NCBI GenBank assembly: GCA_963812015.1
Contig: CAWETI010000002.1
Location: forward strand, 32,001 to 96,000
Reading direction: 5' to 3'
From: an uncultured delta proteobacterium
GTDB lineage: Bacteria > Desulfobacterota > Desulfobaccia > Desulfobaccales > 0-14-0-80-60-11
Length of the DNA: 64,000 nucleotides
The position numbers and the translations under genes were made by a program. Positions within the stretch are counted from its first letter, which is position 1. Every line of letters starts with the position of its first letter. The notes under the pieces are model-generated. The model worked only from the letters and a program-made list of their open reading frames with translations. It did not search any database and had not been told where the DNA came from. Positions 18,603 through 29,133 of the stretch are shown piece by piece.

Positions 18603-20177
18603 ATGGAAACTAAGCTCAACGAACTGGAATTAAAGGTTCTCTACGAGATTAGTAAAATTATCGGTCAGGCCCTGGACCTCGATCAAGCCATGGAAGCCGT
18701 CCTGGCCATATTGTCCGATTCCCTGGCCATGCAGCGGGGCACCGTCACCCTCAAAGACCCGGAAACGGGCCATCTCCGCATCTGCGCCTCTCACGGGCTG
18801 AGCCCTGAAGAAAGGCAGCGGGGCATCTACCGCCTGGATGAGGGGGTCACCGGCCTGATCTTTCGCACCGCCCAGCCTTTCGTAGTGCCCGACGTCAGCC
18901 AGGAACCCCTATTCCTGAATAAAACCAAATCCCGTAATATCAACAAAGGCCAGATCTCCTTTATCGGGGTGCCCATTATCCTCCATGGCGCTCCCATGGG
19001 GGTTTTAAGCGTGGACCGCCTCTATGGGGAGGACATTTCTTTTGAAGAGGATGTCCGGTTTCTCAGCATCGTGGCCACCCTCATCGTCCAATTTGTCAGC
19101 CTCAACCTGCAGGTGAGGGCCCGGGAAGAGCACCTGCGCCAGGAAAACCTGTCGCTCCGGGTAGAGCTGTCGGAAAAATCCCCTAATCTGGTCCTGGTGG
19201 GGAGAAGTCCGGCCATTGCCGAGGCCCGGCAATTGATCAAAAAAGTCGCCCCGGTCCGGGCCGGGGTCTTGCTGGTGGGGGAGTCGGGCACGGGCAAGAC
19301 CTTGATGGCCCGGCTGATCCACGAATTGAGTCCCAGGGCCAAGTATCCCTTCCTCAAAATTAACTGCGCCTCCCTCCCGGAAAATGTGCTGGAGAGCGAG
19401 TTATTCGGCCAGGAGAAAGGCGCCGCACCGGGGGTGGGGCGGGCCAAACCCGGGCGCCTGGAAGAGGCCGACGGCGGCAGCATCTTTTTGGACGAAGTGG
19501 AGGAGCTGTCTCTACCCCTCCAGGCCAAGGTGCTGCGATTTCTCCAGGAACGGGAATTCGAGCGCCTGGGCAGCGCCAGGACCAGGAAGGTGGATGTCCG
19601 GATCATCGCCGCCACCGCCAGAGAGCTGACGGAACCGGTCACCGCCGGCGCCTTCTCGGAAGACCTCTACTATCTGCTCAGCGTCTTCCCCATTCGGGTG
19701 CCGCCACTCCGGGACCGCCGGGAAGACATCCCGCCCCTGCTGGATCACTTCCTGGATAAGGTCTCGGAGGAATACGCCCGCCGTTTTTATTTTACCCAAA
19801 AGGCCCAATCGGTCTTGCAGGATTATGGTTGGCCGGGGAATGTGCGGGAAATGGAAAACCTGGTGGAACGGCTGTGCATCATGGTGGAGGGCTCGGAAAT
19901 CGATCTCAAGGACCTGCCGGCCTTTCTATCGCCGGCCAGGACCAAGGCGGAGCCCGAGGACCAGGCGTTTCTCTCCCGTCTCAAGGAGATGGAAAAGCGA
20001 GAGATCATGGCCGCCCTGGAGCGCAACCACTGGATTCAATCCCAAGCCGCCATGGATCTGGGCCTGACCCTGAGGCAGATCGGCTACCGGGTCAAGCAGT
20101 TCGGCCTGGAACGGGTGATCAAGGAGCAACGGGGGCAGGGCCTGGGAGGCAAGCTCAAGAGTATGGCTCACCGGTAA
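18603..20177 (+). CDS. GAF-AAA+-HTH NifA-like transcriptional regulator with degenerate sigma54-contact motif
   Basis: GAF domain, GESGTGKT, IFLDEV, WPGNVRE and HTH are present; GAFTGA reads GAAPGV. Confidence 0.85.
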   Translation: METKLNELELKVLYEISKIIGQALDLDQAMEAVLAILSDSLAMQRGTVTLKDPETGHLRICASHGLSPEERQRGIYRLDEGVTGLIFRTAQPFVVPDVSQEPLFLNKTKSRNINKGQISFIGVPIILHGAPMGVLSVDRLYGEDISFEEDVRFLSIVATLIVQFVSLNLQVRAREEHLRQENLSLRVELSEKSPNLVLVGRSPAIAEARQLIKKVAPVRAGVLLVGESGTGKTLMARLIHELSPRAKYPFLKINCASLPENVLESELFGQEKGAAPGVGRAKPGRLEEADGGSIFLDEVEELSLPLQAKVLRFLQEREFERLGSARTRKVDVRIIAATARELTEPVTAGAFSEDLYYLLSVFPIRVPPLRDRREDIPPLLDHFLDKVSEEYARRFYFTQKAQSVLQDYGWPGNVREMENLVERLCIMVEGSEIDLKDLPAFLSPARTKAEPEDQAFLSRLKEMEKREIMAALERNHWIQSQAAMDLGLTLRQIGYRVKQFGLERVIKEQRGQGLGGKLKSMAHR

Positions 20178-20332
20178 TCTCCGAAGCTCGTCATGGCCGG
20201 ATCTTAACCTCATCCCCCGGCCTCGACCCCCAAACCCGTAACTTCCTCCCCCATTCTGGTCGCCACCCTTACATATTTGTTAACCTGTCGACGGCTCATA
20301 CCAAGGTGCCGTCAAACAAGTAACTATCCGAA

Positions 20333-20364
20333 ATGTAGGGGCGGTTCGCGAACCGCCCCTACAT
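20333..20364. repeat. GTAG-type REP palindrome
   Basis: Perfect palindrome ATGTAGGGGCGGTTCGCGAACCGCCCCTACAT; relatives at 30828 and 62849. Confidence 0.85.
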
Positions 20365-20519
20365 GGGTTGCTATCATAAAGCTAAAATTACCTTTTTGAC
20401 GGCAACTTGGTATCACTCGAAACCGGGCCAGGGAGGTAGGGCGAAGCTCCGGGGCCGCCCCGAGCGCGGTGAGATGGTCGGCGTGACCCAAGCCGCCAGC
20501 CTCTCGCCCCGGCGCTCTC

Positions 20520-22220
20520 CTAAAGCGCATTCAATTGCAGCGTAATGGGCTTGGTGTCCGCGGCGGGACCGTCGAACTGGATGGGACCGGGGAAGCGGTA
20601 GTGGTCTTCGTGGGCCCACTTCTGCCGTTCCTGCTCCAGGAACTTAAAAGCCGGCAACTCCAGGTCCACCTTCTGCTTGGCGATCACCAATTCCAGGCGT
20701 CCCTTGCGCTCTTCCAGGTGCATCAGGGGTGCCAGGGGGATGCCGATGGGCCGCCAGTCCGCCACCGGTTTGTGCAGGTCTTTGATGGCCGCCATGTAGC
20801 CGGTGGCGCCGTTGGCCAGGAGGCTGTAGGCCGCAAACCCCAGGTTATAGCCGTAATCGCAGTCGAACTGGGTGGGGAAAGTGCCCCGGCCGTCATAGCC
20901 GTAATAATGATTCTGGGTCCGCAAATTGCCCTTGTAAATCCCTTTGGCCTTCTGCTTTCGCAGGTAGGTGGCCACCATTTCCAAAAGGATGCGCTCGGTG
21001 TTCACCAGGGAAAACGGGAAGTTGCCGTGGCTGTCCCGGGGCAGCAGCAGGCCCCGCTGGAGCAAGGACGGAAAGCCCAAAAAGACGCGGCTGTCGTAGT
21101 CCCGCCAGATGTCGTTGTTGTCGATGAGCTGCACCTGTTCTTCATAAGAGAGCTTGTGGAAGGACTCGTCTTCCGTGGCCTCCCGGTTGTAGGCCGCGAT
21201 GATGTAACTGATCTTGATGATCAAGACGTTGACTTCGTGGATGAATTCCAGGATCCCTTCGGGAACCAGAATGGTGCCGTAATTCTTGCCTTCCCGGGCC
21301 CGATCCACGATGACGTCGGCGATGAGGCGCACCACGTTGTGGATGGTGAGCTCCTTTTCTTCGATTTCCTCCCCGATGAGAATGACGTTGGGATGGGTCT
21401 GGAAGGCCACTTCCAGGGCGATATGGCTGGCGCTTCGGCCCATCAGGCGGTTAAAATGCCAGTATTTCAGGTCGGATTTGCAATCGGAATTGAGATTGCC
21501 CACCTCCGTGGCGAAGGCCATGCAGGCGGAGTGAAATCCGAAAGGGATCTGGAGCAGGCCCGGCACCTGGAGGTCGCCGTCAATGGTTTTGGGAATGCCG
21601 ATCACCTGGGTGTTGATCCCCCGGAGATTTTCTGCCAGGAAGGCGGCGTTGGTGTTGGAATCATCGCCCCCCACCACCACCAGGCCGGACAGCTTCAGGG
21701 CGGCGCAGGTTTCCCGGCACTGCTTCATTTTTTCGGGGGTGTCGATCTTATCCCGGCCGGTGCCCAACATGTGAAAGCCGCCGGAATTGAGGTGGCGTGA
21801 CACCAGGTCGTCGCTGATTTCCACGTGTTTATCGGTGATGATGCCTTTGGGGCCGGCCAGAAAGCCGATCACCTGGCTGTCCGGATGGGCCCCCTTGGCC
21901 GCCTGGAACAGGCCGGCAATGACGTTGTGGCCGCCCGGGGCCGGACCTCCGGAGAGCACGATACCCAGGCGCAGGGGCTTTCCCGGGCGCGGCTGGTTAT
22001 CCGGAACGATTTCCACCAGCTTATTCTTGCTGACGAAGGGCAGCTGTTCTTGGGCTACCCTCATCACGTCCAAGTCGAAGCCCTCCAGGGGGCGGGTGAG
22101 GCCGGGGCCCGCCGCCAGGCGCGGGCACAGCAACGGTTGGTAGGACCGGCGTGCAGCACGAAAAACCGTTTCGTTGCCAAGCAGTTCCGCGAGGTGGGTC
22201 TGCCGGGATTCGCCTGCCAT
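20520..22220 (-). CDS. pfp: Pyrophosphate-dependent phosphofructokinase
   Basis: SGGPAPGGHN, GGDDSN, PKTIDGD, MGRSASH motifs of long PPi-PFKs. Confidence 0.92.
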   Translation of the reverse strand: MAGESRQTHLAELLGNETVFRAARRSYQPLLCPRLAAGPGLTRPLEGFDLDVMRVAQEQLPFVSKNKLVEIVPDNQPRPGKPLRLGIVLSGGPAPGGHNVIAGLFQAAKGAHPDSQVIGFLAGPKGIITDKHVEISDDLVSRHLNSGGFHMLGTGRDKIDTPEKMKQCRETCAALKLSGLVVVGGDDSNTNAAFLAENLRGINTQVIGIPKTIDGDLQVPGLLQIPFGFHSACMAFATEVGNLNSDCKSDLKYWHFNRLMGRSASHIALEVAFQTHPNVILIGEEIEEKELTIHNVVRLIADVIVDRAREGKNYGTILVPEGILEFIHEVNVLIIKISYIIAAYNREATEDESFHKLSYEEQVQLIDNNDIWRDYDSRVFLGFPSLLQRGLLLPRDSHGNFPFSLVNTERILLEMVATYLRKQKAKGIYKGNLRTQNHYYGYDGRGTFPTQFDCDYGYNLGFAAYSLLANGATGYMAAIKDLHKPVADWRPIGIPLAPLMHLEERKGRLELVIAKQKVDLELPAFKFLEQERQKWAHEDHYRFPGPIQFDGPAADTKPITLQLNAL

Positions 22221-22459
22221 CACATTTCTCCTTCCGGATTACCTTGACCGGGGTTCTGCCGGGGCCGGGGACCGCCGCCCCACCAGCCGGGTTTTCCCTG
22301 GAGGGCGGGGATTCCGCCTCCGCCAACCAGGTTCTTGCTCAAGGTCTTAACTTGGCATTATTGGCCAGGGGAAATTATTGACCAGATTACCATACCGACG
22401 CCCTAAGAGAAACCGCGAAGCGAGCCGCCGGGTCCCGGCTCTTTCTCCCCCAGTCCGGC

Positions 22460-23113
22460 TTAGCGCATCAGCTCCTTCAAGCGCCGCACGTTTTCGGCGA
22501 TGGGTTTGTCGTTGAAAATGCCGGAGCCGGAGACGAAGACGTCCGCCCCGGCGGCCACCAGGTCCCCCAGGGTGTTCAGGTGCACCCCGCCGTCCACCTG
22601 GATGAGGACGTCCAGCCCCTGCGCGTCGATCATCTGCCGCAGGCGGCGGATCTTAGGGAGGACCCCGGGGATGAATTTCTGGCCGGAAAACCCGGGGTTC
22701 ACCGTCATCAAGACCACCATGTCCACGTCTTTCAGGACGTATTCCAGGCAGTCCAACGGGGTGGCGGGGTTCAGGCTCACCGTGGCCTTAGCCCCGGCTT
22801 CCTTGATCTGGTGAATGAGGCGGTCCAGGTGCACCGTGGCTTCCACGTGAATCCCCAGCCAATCGGCCCCGGCCTTCACAAAGGCCTCGACGTAGCGCTC
22901 GGGATTGCTGATCATCAGATGGACATCCAGGGGCAGGCTGGTGGCCTTGCGGATGGCCCGGGTCACCACGGGACCGATGGTGATATTGGGGACGAAATGC
23001 CCGTCCATGACGTCCACGTGGATCCAATCGACGCCGGCCTGCTCCGCTTCCTTCACCTGTTCCGCCAGTCGGCCGAAATCTGCCGATAAAATCGAGGCCG
23101 AAATTTTTCGCAT
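22460..23113 (-). CDS. rpe: Ribulose-phosphate 3-epimerase
   Basis: SILSADF, HVDVMDGHFVPN, DVHLM, MTVNPGFSGQ, VDGG. Confidence 0.97.
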   Translation of the reverse strand: MRKISASILSADFGRLAEQVKEAEQAGVDWIHVDVMDGHFVPNITIGPVVTRAIRKATSLPLDVHLMISNPERYVEAFVKAGADWLGIHVEATVHLDRLIHQIKEAGAKATVSLNPATPLDCLEYVLKDVDMVVLMTVNPGFSGQKFIPGVLPKIRRLRQMIDAQGLDVLIQVDGGVHLNTLGDLVAAGADVFVSGSGIFNDKPIAENVRRLKELMR

Positions 23114-23300
23114 GGGCGCTCCTGTTTTTCTGCCGGCTGGGCCCGGGCAGCAGTCTCAGGTCAACTTACCCCTGGTGCCGGGGAAAAATCAAGGAGGGAA
23201 TGACGCCGGCAAGGAATTTTTGCCAAAAATCAGCCCACAGGCGAAAACGGCCCGGTATCTTTCAAGGCCGCTGGTTGACGCGGCCTGCCGGCGCGGCTGG

Positions 23301-23651
23301 TTATAATTCCGGGGCGTGCGACGGCACCAGACAGACGATAAGCAATGACTCCTGGCCGGGATTTCTGATTTGATGTTCTTCATTGCCGGGGATAAACACC
23401 ACATTACCTGATTTCACCGGATGCCATTGGCCATGACCATAAATTTCGCCTTCACCCGCGTGCACGAACATCTCATGTTCCCAAGCATGCACGTGCTTCG
23501 GGGTATTGCCTCCCGGGGAAATAGCAAAAATTCTCATATAAAAATTATTCGCACCGTCATGTTTGCCGATAACCACCCGTGCCGCTACCCCTTTGATGTC
23601 GGGCTTGTCAAAATACGTGGCCTCGACGTCAGTGTACTTTTTAATTCTCAT
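23301..23651 (-). CDS. Cupin domain protein
   Basis: HVHAWEHE...PGNEEH cupin metal motifs. Confidence 0.85.
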   Translation of the reverse strand: MRIKKYTDVEATYFDKPDIKGVAARVVIGKHDGANNFYMRIFAISPGGNTPKHVHAWEHEMFVHAGEGEIYGHGQWHPVKSGNVVFIPGNEEHQIRNPGQESLLIVCLVPSHAPEL

Positions 23652-24079
23652 ACTATCCCCCTCGCTGCTGGTACATAACGCCGCGCCTAACCGTGGCGGT
23701 TTACCCTAGCCGAGGTGATCCGCGGGTTAGACCACAGGTCGTGCCAGGGCAATCTGGATGAACTTTGGTGCATTAATGTGATCCTGACATTAAACGTATG
23801 CAATCTTCCGAGTATTGTCAATCGCGGCCAGGTATCAGCACGGGATGAGAAGGTTCCCTCCTGCAAAGTAAACGTCATATCTTGAATCAATCCCTTTAGT
23901 TCTGAAGAGAATTGCTCTTTACGGTTTGCCTTAAAGGGCCACTTATTTATATAAGGGGCTGCAAAAAAGTAGTACCTTTTTCGGTCAAGGGTGCGGTAAA
24001 ATACAACCGCACCTGTTTAAGTGCCTCGTAACAGATCGTCCCCGAGTTAACCCAGCATTGCTTTTACCAAGGAGGCGGC

Positions 24080-24808
24080 ATGGCGGGTCTGACGGCGGAA
24101 ATCCAGTGCCAAGTGTGCGGGAAACCTTTTAAGATTGGCGAGGTGATCAAAGGCAAACTCATAGAAAAATCCCTCGCCAAGCTCATCCAAGCGAAGCACC
24201 CCAAATGGTCCTCAACCGGTTATATTTGCCTGCCCGACCTCAGTCTCTTCAGGACGCAATATGTTGCCAAGGTCCTCAAAGACGCCAGCCAGGAGGTTTA
24301 CGACCTGGAAAAGGGGATGGCGAAAAGCCTGGAAGAGGAAGAACTCGTGTCCCGAAATATCAACCAAGACTTCGAGAGCAGCCTGACTCTCGGGGAGCGG
24401 TGGGCCGACCGGCTGGCGGATTTTGGGGGAAGCTGGACTTTTATCAGTATTTTCATGACCGTTCTGATTATTTGGATGGCCATCAATACGTGGATTCTCT
24501 TGGAAAGGCCCTTCGATCCCTATCCGTACATCCTTCTCAACCTGGTGCTCTCCTGCCTGGCAGCTATTCAAGCACCGGTAATTTTGATGAGCCAGAACCG
24601 CCAGGAGGCCAGGGACCGCCTCCAGTCTGAACACGATTATCAGATTAATATAAAGGCAGAAATCGAAATTCGTAAGTTACATGAGAAACTAGACCATCTC
24701 CTGATGCATCAATGGCAACGTCTGATGGAAATACAACAGCTTCAGGTGGACCTGATGGACGAAATCAGCCGGACTTCTTTAAAGGGGAAAGAACCTGATA
24801 ATGGATGA
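24080..24808 (+). CDS. DUF1003 membrane protein
   Basis: FGGSWTF, PFDPYPYILLNL, QAPVILMSQNRQ; strong SD AAGGAGG. Confidence 0.9.
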   Translation: MAGLTAEIQCQVCGKPFKIGEVIKGKLIEKSLAKLIQAKHPKWSSTGYICLPDLSLFRTQYVAKVLKDASQEVYDLEKGMAKSLEEEELVSRNINQDFESSLTLGERWADRLADFGGSWTFISIFMTVLIIWMAINTWILLERPFDPYPYILLNLVLSCLAAIQAPVILMSQNRQEARDRLQSEHDYQINIKAEIEIRKLHEKLDHLLMHQWQRLMEIQQLQVDLMDEISRTSLKGKEPDNG

Positions 24809-25072
24809 CTCGGGCAGGGTTAACTGATATCTGCCAAATCGGGGCGATTTCCATCAACATAAAAGATATTCGCTCCGGCTCGCATATCTGCATTGCGGAC
24901 CTCACTGCGGCTCAGGGTTTCGCCTTTGGCGGCGGACCCACGCCTGATCCCGCCTCGATCAGGCTCAGCGTGCCTCTTTTTTAGGGAAAATTCAACGGGC
25001 GATATTCTGGGGGTATCAAGAGGGTGGCCGGGATAAGCCACCGGTGAACCATGCCTCGGGAAAGGGCCGGTT

Positions 25073-25798
25073 TTATGTGGCCGGGACCAGGGCCGCGGCC
25101 TCCTGGTCAATCAGCCACAGGACCTCGCCGTTTTGGGGCTGGATGAGTTGGGCCGGCAGGCGGGCCGGGTCCCGGGGACCGTGCAGCACCTCGTATAAGA
25201 CCCCGGCCTTGGAGCTTCCCGCCACCAGAAAGGCCACCACCATCGCCTGGTTGATAAACGGGGCAGTTAAGGTGACCCGGTTGAGGTCGGCCTCGGCCAC
25301 ATAGACGGCGGCGGCCCAGCGCCGCGTTTCCTCCAGCACCGGCGTGCCCGGGAACAGCGAGGCGGTGTGGCCGTTGTCCCCCAAGCCCAGCAGGACCAGG
25401 TCCAGGTGGGGGGGCCGGCCGGCAAAGAATTCCCTGAGCTGCGCCTCATACTGCCGAGCCGCGGCGGCCGGCGCCCGGGCGCAATCCAGGGGGTGAATCT
25501 GCCCCGTGGGGATGGGCACGCGGTCCAGCCAGGCCGCCTTCGCCATGCGGGCGTTGCTCCGGGGATCGTCCAGGGGCACGCACCGCTCGTCCCCCCAGAA
25601 GACGTGCATCCGGTCCCAGGGCGCCTGATCCAAAAACGGCGGCGCGGCCAGCAGCTCATAGGTGCGCCGGGGGGTAGTGCCCCCCGAGAGGGCCACGCTG
25701 AACCGGCCCCGGTGGGCCACGGCCAGATTCGCCTGGCTAACCAGCAAGACGGCGGCGGCCCGGCTTAAAGACTCCGGGTCGGGATATACCCTGATCAT
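25073..25798 (-). CDS. pgl: 6-phosphogluconolactonase
   Basis: [33 protein letters not shown] overlaps the zwf stop. Confidence 0.95.
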   Translation of the reverse strand: MIRVYPDPESLSRAAAVLLVSQANLAVAHRGRFSVALSGGTTPRRTYELLAAPPFLDQAPWDRMHVFWGDERCVPLDDPRSNARMAKAAWLDRVPIPTGQIHPLDCARAPAAAARQYEAQLREFFAGRPPHLDLVLLGLGDNGHTASLFPGTPVLEETRRWAAAVYVAEADLNRVTLTAPFINQAMVVAFLVAGSSKAGVLYEVLHGPRDPARLPAQLIQPQNGEVLWLIDQEAAALVPAT

Positions 25799-27348
25799 GG
25801 CTGCACCACGGTGACCCGGCACACGGGTTGGTCTGTCTGACATTGGAGAAAGGTGGGGGCCACCCAGTTGTGCCCCTCCTGGGCGAGCAGGACATTGGCC
25901 GCCTCCGGACCCCAGGTGCCCGCGGCGTAGTTGGGAAAGTCCGTGGGCTTGATGGTGTCCCAGGCCTCCAGAATGGGGCTGAGTATGGACCAGGCCGCCT
26001 CGGTTTGGTCGGCCCGCATGAACAGGGTGGCGTCCCCCAGCATGACGTCCAGCAGCAGGGTTTCATAAGCCTCCGCGGTCATGATTTTAAAGGCCTCCCG
26101 GTAGAAGAATTGCATGAGCACCGGCGACAGGCGCATGGTCGGCCCGGGGTACTTGGCCTCAAACCGGAGGAAAATGCCTTCCTCGGGCTGAATGGCGATG
26201 ATTAGCCGGTTGGGCCGCCAATCCATCCCCGCCGAGGCCGGGAAGCTCTGGTGCGGCACCTCCCGAAACTGGATGGACACCTCTGAAATCTTGGCGGGCA
26301 TACGCTTGCCGGTGCGCAGATAAAAGGGCACCCCCTCCCAGCGCCAGTTGTCCACAAAAAGCTTGAGCGCCGCAAAGGTATCGATGTTGGAATCGGCGGC
26401 CACGTCGGTTTCGGAGCGGTAGCCCTTGATCGCTTGCCCATCGATGCTGCCGGCCCCGTATTGGCCCCGCATCGCATGGTTGTGCACCGCCTCCGGCGAG
26501 ATGGGCCGGACGGCCCGGAGCACGTCCACCTTCTTGTTGCGCACTTCGTTGTCGCTGAAAGAGTTGGGCGGCTCCATGGCAATGAGGCACAAGACGGTGA
26601 GCAGGTGATTCTGGATCATGTCCCGCAGGGCCCCGGCGTGGTCGTAGTAGTGGGCCCGACTGCCCACCCCGTCGGCCTCCGCCACGGTGATCTGCACGTG
26701 GTCAATGTAGTGGCGGTTCCAGATGGGCTCAAACAGGACGTTGGCAAATCGGAAGGCCAGGATATTCTGGACCGTCTCTTTGCCCAGATAGTGGTCGATG
26801 CGAAAAATCTGGGATTCCTGAAAGATCTCCCCCAGGATGCGGTTCAGGGCCTGGGCCGAGGCCAGGTCATGGCCGAAGGGCTTTTCCACCACGATGCGGG
26901 ACCGTTGGCGGTCCTGGTTCAACTTGGCCTGGCCCAACTCATGGGCCACGGGCTCAATCATCCCCGGCGGCAGACTCAGATAAAAGATGCGGTTGGCCTT
27001 GGCATCCCAGGCCTTATCCTGGTCCGCCAGTCTCCTGGCCAGATCATTGAAGACCCCCGGTTGGTCCAGGTCCGCGGCCATAAAGCTCAGGTGCGAGGCA
27101 AAAGCCTGCCAGTCGGCGTCCGTGGTCTGGCCCCGGCGGGAAAACTTGTCCACGCCCTCCTTAAGATGCTGGCGGAATCCCTCGTCGGTGGTGTGCCGGT
27201 GGCCGGTGCCGATGATTAAAAACTTCTCCGGCAGCCAGTGGTCCAGGTAGAGATTGTAGAGGGCGGGGATGAGCTTGCGCCAGGAGAGGTCGCCGGCGCC
27301 ACCGAAAATGACGAAGACCGTGGGCTCCGGCCGATGATCGGTTCCCAT
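25795..27348 (-). CDS. zwf: Glucose-6-phosphate 1-dehydrogenase
   Basis: [20 protein letters not shown]. Confidence 0.97.
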   Translation of the reverse strand: MGTDHRPEPTVFVIFGGAGDLSWRKLIPALYNLYLDHWLPEKFLIIGTGHRHTTDEGFRQHLKEGVDKFSRRGQTTDADWQAFASHLSFMAADLDQPGVFNDLARRLADQDKAWDAKANRIFYLSLPPGMIEPVAHELGQAKLNQDRQRSRIVVEKPFGHDLASAQALNRILGEIFQESQIFRIDHYLGKETVQNILAFRFANVLFEPIWNRHYIDHVQITVAEADGVGSRAHYYDHAGALRDMIQNHLLTVLCLIAMEPPNSFSDNEVRNKKVDVLRAVRPISPEAVHNHAMRGQYGAGSIDGQAIKGYRSETDVAADSNIDTFAALKLFVDNWRWEGVPFYLRTGKRMPAKISEVSIQFREVPHQSFPASAGMDWRPNRLIIAIQPEEGIFLRFEAKYPGPTMRLSPVLMQFFYREAFKIMTAEAYETLLLDVMLGDATLFMRADQTEAAWSILSPILEAWDTIKPTDFPNYAAGTWGPEAANVLLAQEGHNWVAPTFLQCQTDQPVCRVTVVQP

Positions 27349-27387
27349 AAGAACTCCTCGTGCAGACTTCAGAAAATGGTAAGTTGA

Positions 27388-27503
27388 GGGGAGGACCGGG
27401 GGAGGTCAACTCCCCCGCCCTCCCCTCCCACCCCCCTGTACGGGGTTGGGAGAGGGGGTGTGGGGGAGGGGGTAGGGGCTTTCGCCCCTAGCCCCCTCCC
27501 CCA
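27388..27503. repeat. G/C-run palindromic intergenic element
   Basis: Nested GGGGGAGG...CTCCCCC hairpins; similar elements near 52688, 54020 and 63130-63345. Confidence 0.55.
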
Positions 27504-27517
27504 CAATCAGTTCGGCC

Positions 27518-28936
27518 TCACTCCTCCTCCCATTGGGTATGGAAGATGCCGGGGGCGTCGAGGCGTTCGTAGGTATGCGCCCCGAAGAAGTCCCGCTGGG
27601 CCTGGATCAGGTTGGCCGGGAGCACGGCGCTGCGGTAGGCGTCGAAATAGCCCAGGGTCACCATCAGGGCCGGGGCCGGCAGCCCCAGGGCGGCGGCCAC
27701 CTGGACCACGGCCCGCAAGTCCGCCTCCCGGGACAGGAATTCCTGGCTCAGGTGGGGGTCCATCAGGAGGTTGGGCAACGCCGCGTTGGCCTGGTAGGCG
27801 GTGCGGATGTCTTCCAGGAGGGCCGCCCGGATGATGCAGCCCCCCCGCCAGATGCGGGCCACAGCCTCCAGGTCCAGTCCATAGCGATAGGTGGCGGAGG
27901 CTTTTTGGAGCAGGGCCATACCCTGGGCGTAGGTGGCGATCATGCTGGCATACAGGGCGTTTTTCAACTGGCCGATGAAGCGCTCGCGGTCGCCCGTAAA
28001 GGTGTGGGTGGGCCCGGCCAATACCTGAGCCGCCGCCTGCCGTTCATCCCGGCAGCCCGACAGATCCCGCATGACCACCGCCACGTCGATGGTGGGCGTC
28101 CCCACCTGCAGGTCCATGGCATCCCAGGAGGTCCACATGCCGGTGCCTTTTTGCTTGGCCTTGTCCAGGATCATATCCACCAGGGGCTTGCCGGTGCGGT
28201 CGTCCTGACGGGCAAAGATCTTGGTGGTGATTTCCATGAGAAAGGAGTTGAGCTCCGCCTGGTTCCAGCGGTCATAGAGGGAGGCCAGCTCGGCCGGCGT
28301 CAGGCCCAGGCCCCGCTTCAGGAGATCATAGGTCTCGACGATCAGCTCCATGAGCCCATATTCGATGCCGTTGTGGACCATCTTGACGTAGTGCCCGGCA
28401 GAGCCCGGCCCCAGAAAGGTGACGCAGGGGTCGCCGTTGACGTGGGCCGAGGCCGCCTCCAGGATGGGGCCCACCCGGTCGTACATCGCCTGGGAGCCGC
28501 CGGGCATCAGGCTGGGGCCGTGCCGGGCCCCGGCTTCGCCCCCGGAGATCCCCATCCCCATGAATTGCAGCTGTTTGGCGGACAGGATTTTGCCCCGCCG
28601 GTTGGTGTCGGTGAAATGGGAGTTGCCGGCGTCGATGATCAGATCGCCGGGGGCCAGCAAAGGCAGCAGTTCCCGGATCACCGCATCCACCGGGTCGCCG
28701 GCCGCCACCAGCAGGATGAGGGCCCGGGGCGGGCGCAACCGCCCGACGAACTCTTGCAGGTCATAACCCGCCTTGATGGCCCGGGAGCCCACCTCGTTGG
28801 CCATGAACTCCCTGGTCGTCTCGGTGGTGCGGTTATATACAGCCACGGCAAATCCGTGATCCGCCATGTTCAGGACAAAATTGCGTCCCATGGTTCCGAG
28901 GCCGATCAAGCCGATGTCACAACCCTGATTGCTCAT
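27518..28936 (-). CDS. gndA: NADP-dependent 6-phosphogluconate dehydrogenase
   Basis: IGLGTMG, YNRT, KMVHNGIEY, QKGTG, QAQRDFFGAHTY. Confidence 0.97.
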   Translation of the reverse strand: MSNQGCDIGLIGLGTMGRNFVLNMADHGFAVAVYNRTTETTREFMANEVGSRAIKAGYDLQEFVGRLRPPRALILLVAAGDPVDAVIRELLPLLAPGDLIIDAGNSHFTDTNRRGKILSAKQLQFMGMGISGGEAGARHGPSLMPGGSQAMYDRVGPILEAASAHVNGDPCVTFLGPGSAGHYVKMVHNGIEYGLMELIVETYDLLKRGLGLTPAELASLYDRWNQAELNSFLMEITTKIFARQDDRTGKPLVDMILDKAKQKGTGMWTSWDAMDLQVGTPTIDVAVVMRDLSGCRDERQAAAQVLAGPTHTFTGDRERFIGQLKNALYASMIATYAQGMALLQKASATYRYGLDLEAVARIWRGGCIIRAALLEDIRTAYQANAALPNLLMDPHLSQEFLSREADLRAVVQVAAALGLPAPALMVTLGYFDAYRSAVLPANLIQAQRDFFGAHTYERLDAPGIFHTQWEEE

Positions 28937-28993
28937 ACACGATCTCCGATTAACTTAACCTTCTCAAGGCACACTCAGGTGTGGGCCCTGGGC

Positions 28994-29019
28994 GGGCGGA
29001 CACGCCGGTCCGCCCCTAC
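28994..29019. repeat. GTAG-type REP
   Basis: GGGCGGACACGCCGGTCCGCCCCTAC. Confidence 0.7.
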
Positions 29020-29133
29020 GCCCGGTATGCAGATGCTTCTCTGGTTTTCGCCGGGTTTCCTGCCCTCAATCCTCCACCGTCAGGCCCAGGTCCTGGGCGA
29101 TCTCCAGGAACAGGGGCGTGATGCCGGCGGAAC

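Noticed and set aside
18603..20177. Calling the gene nifA
   Set aside because: No nif genes nearby and activation motifs are degenerate.
23687..23890. 67-aa ORF upstream of the cupin gene
   Set aside because: No motif or convincing SD and atypical codon usage.
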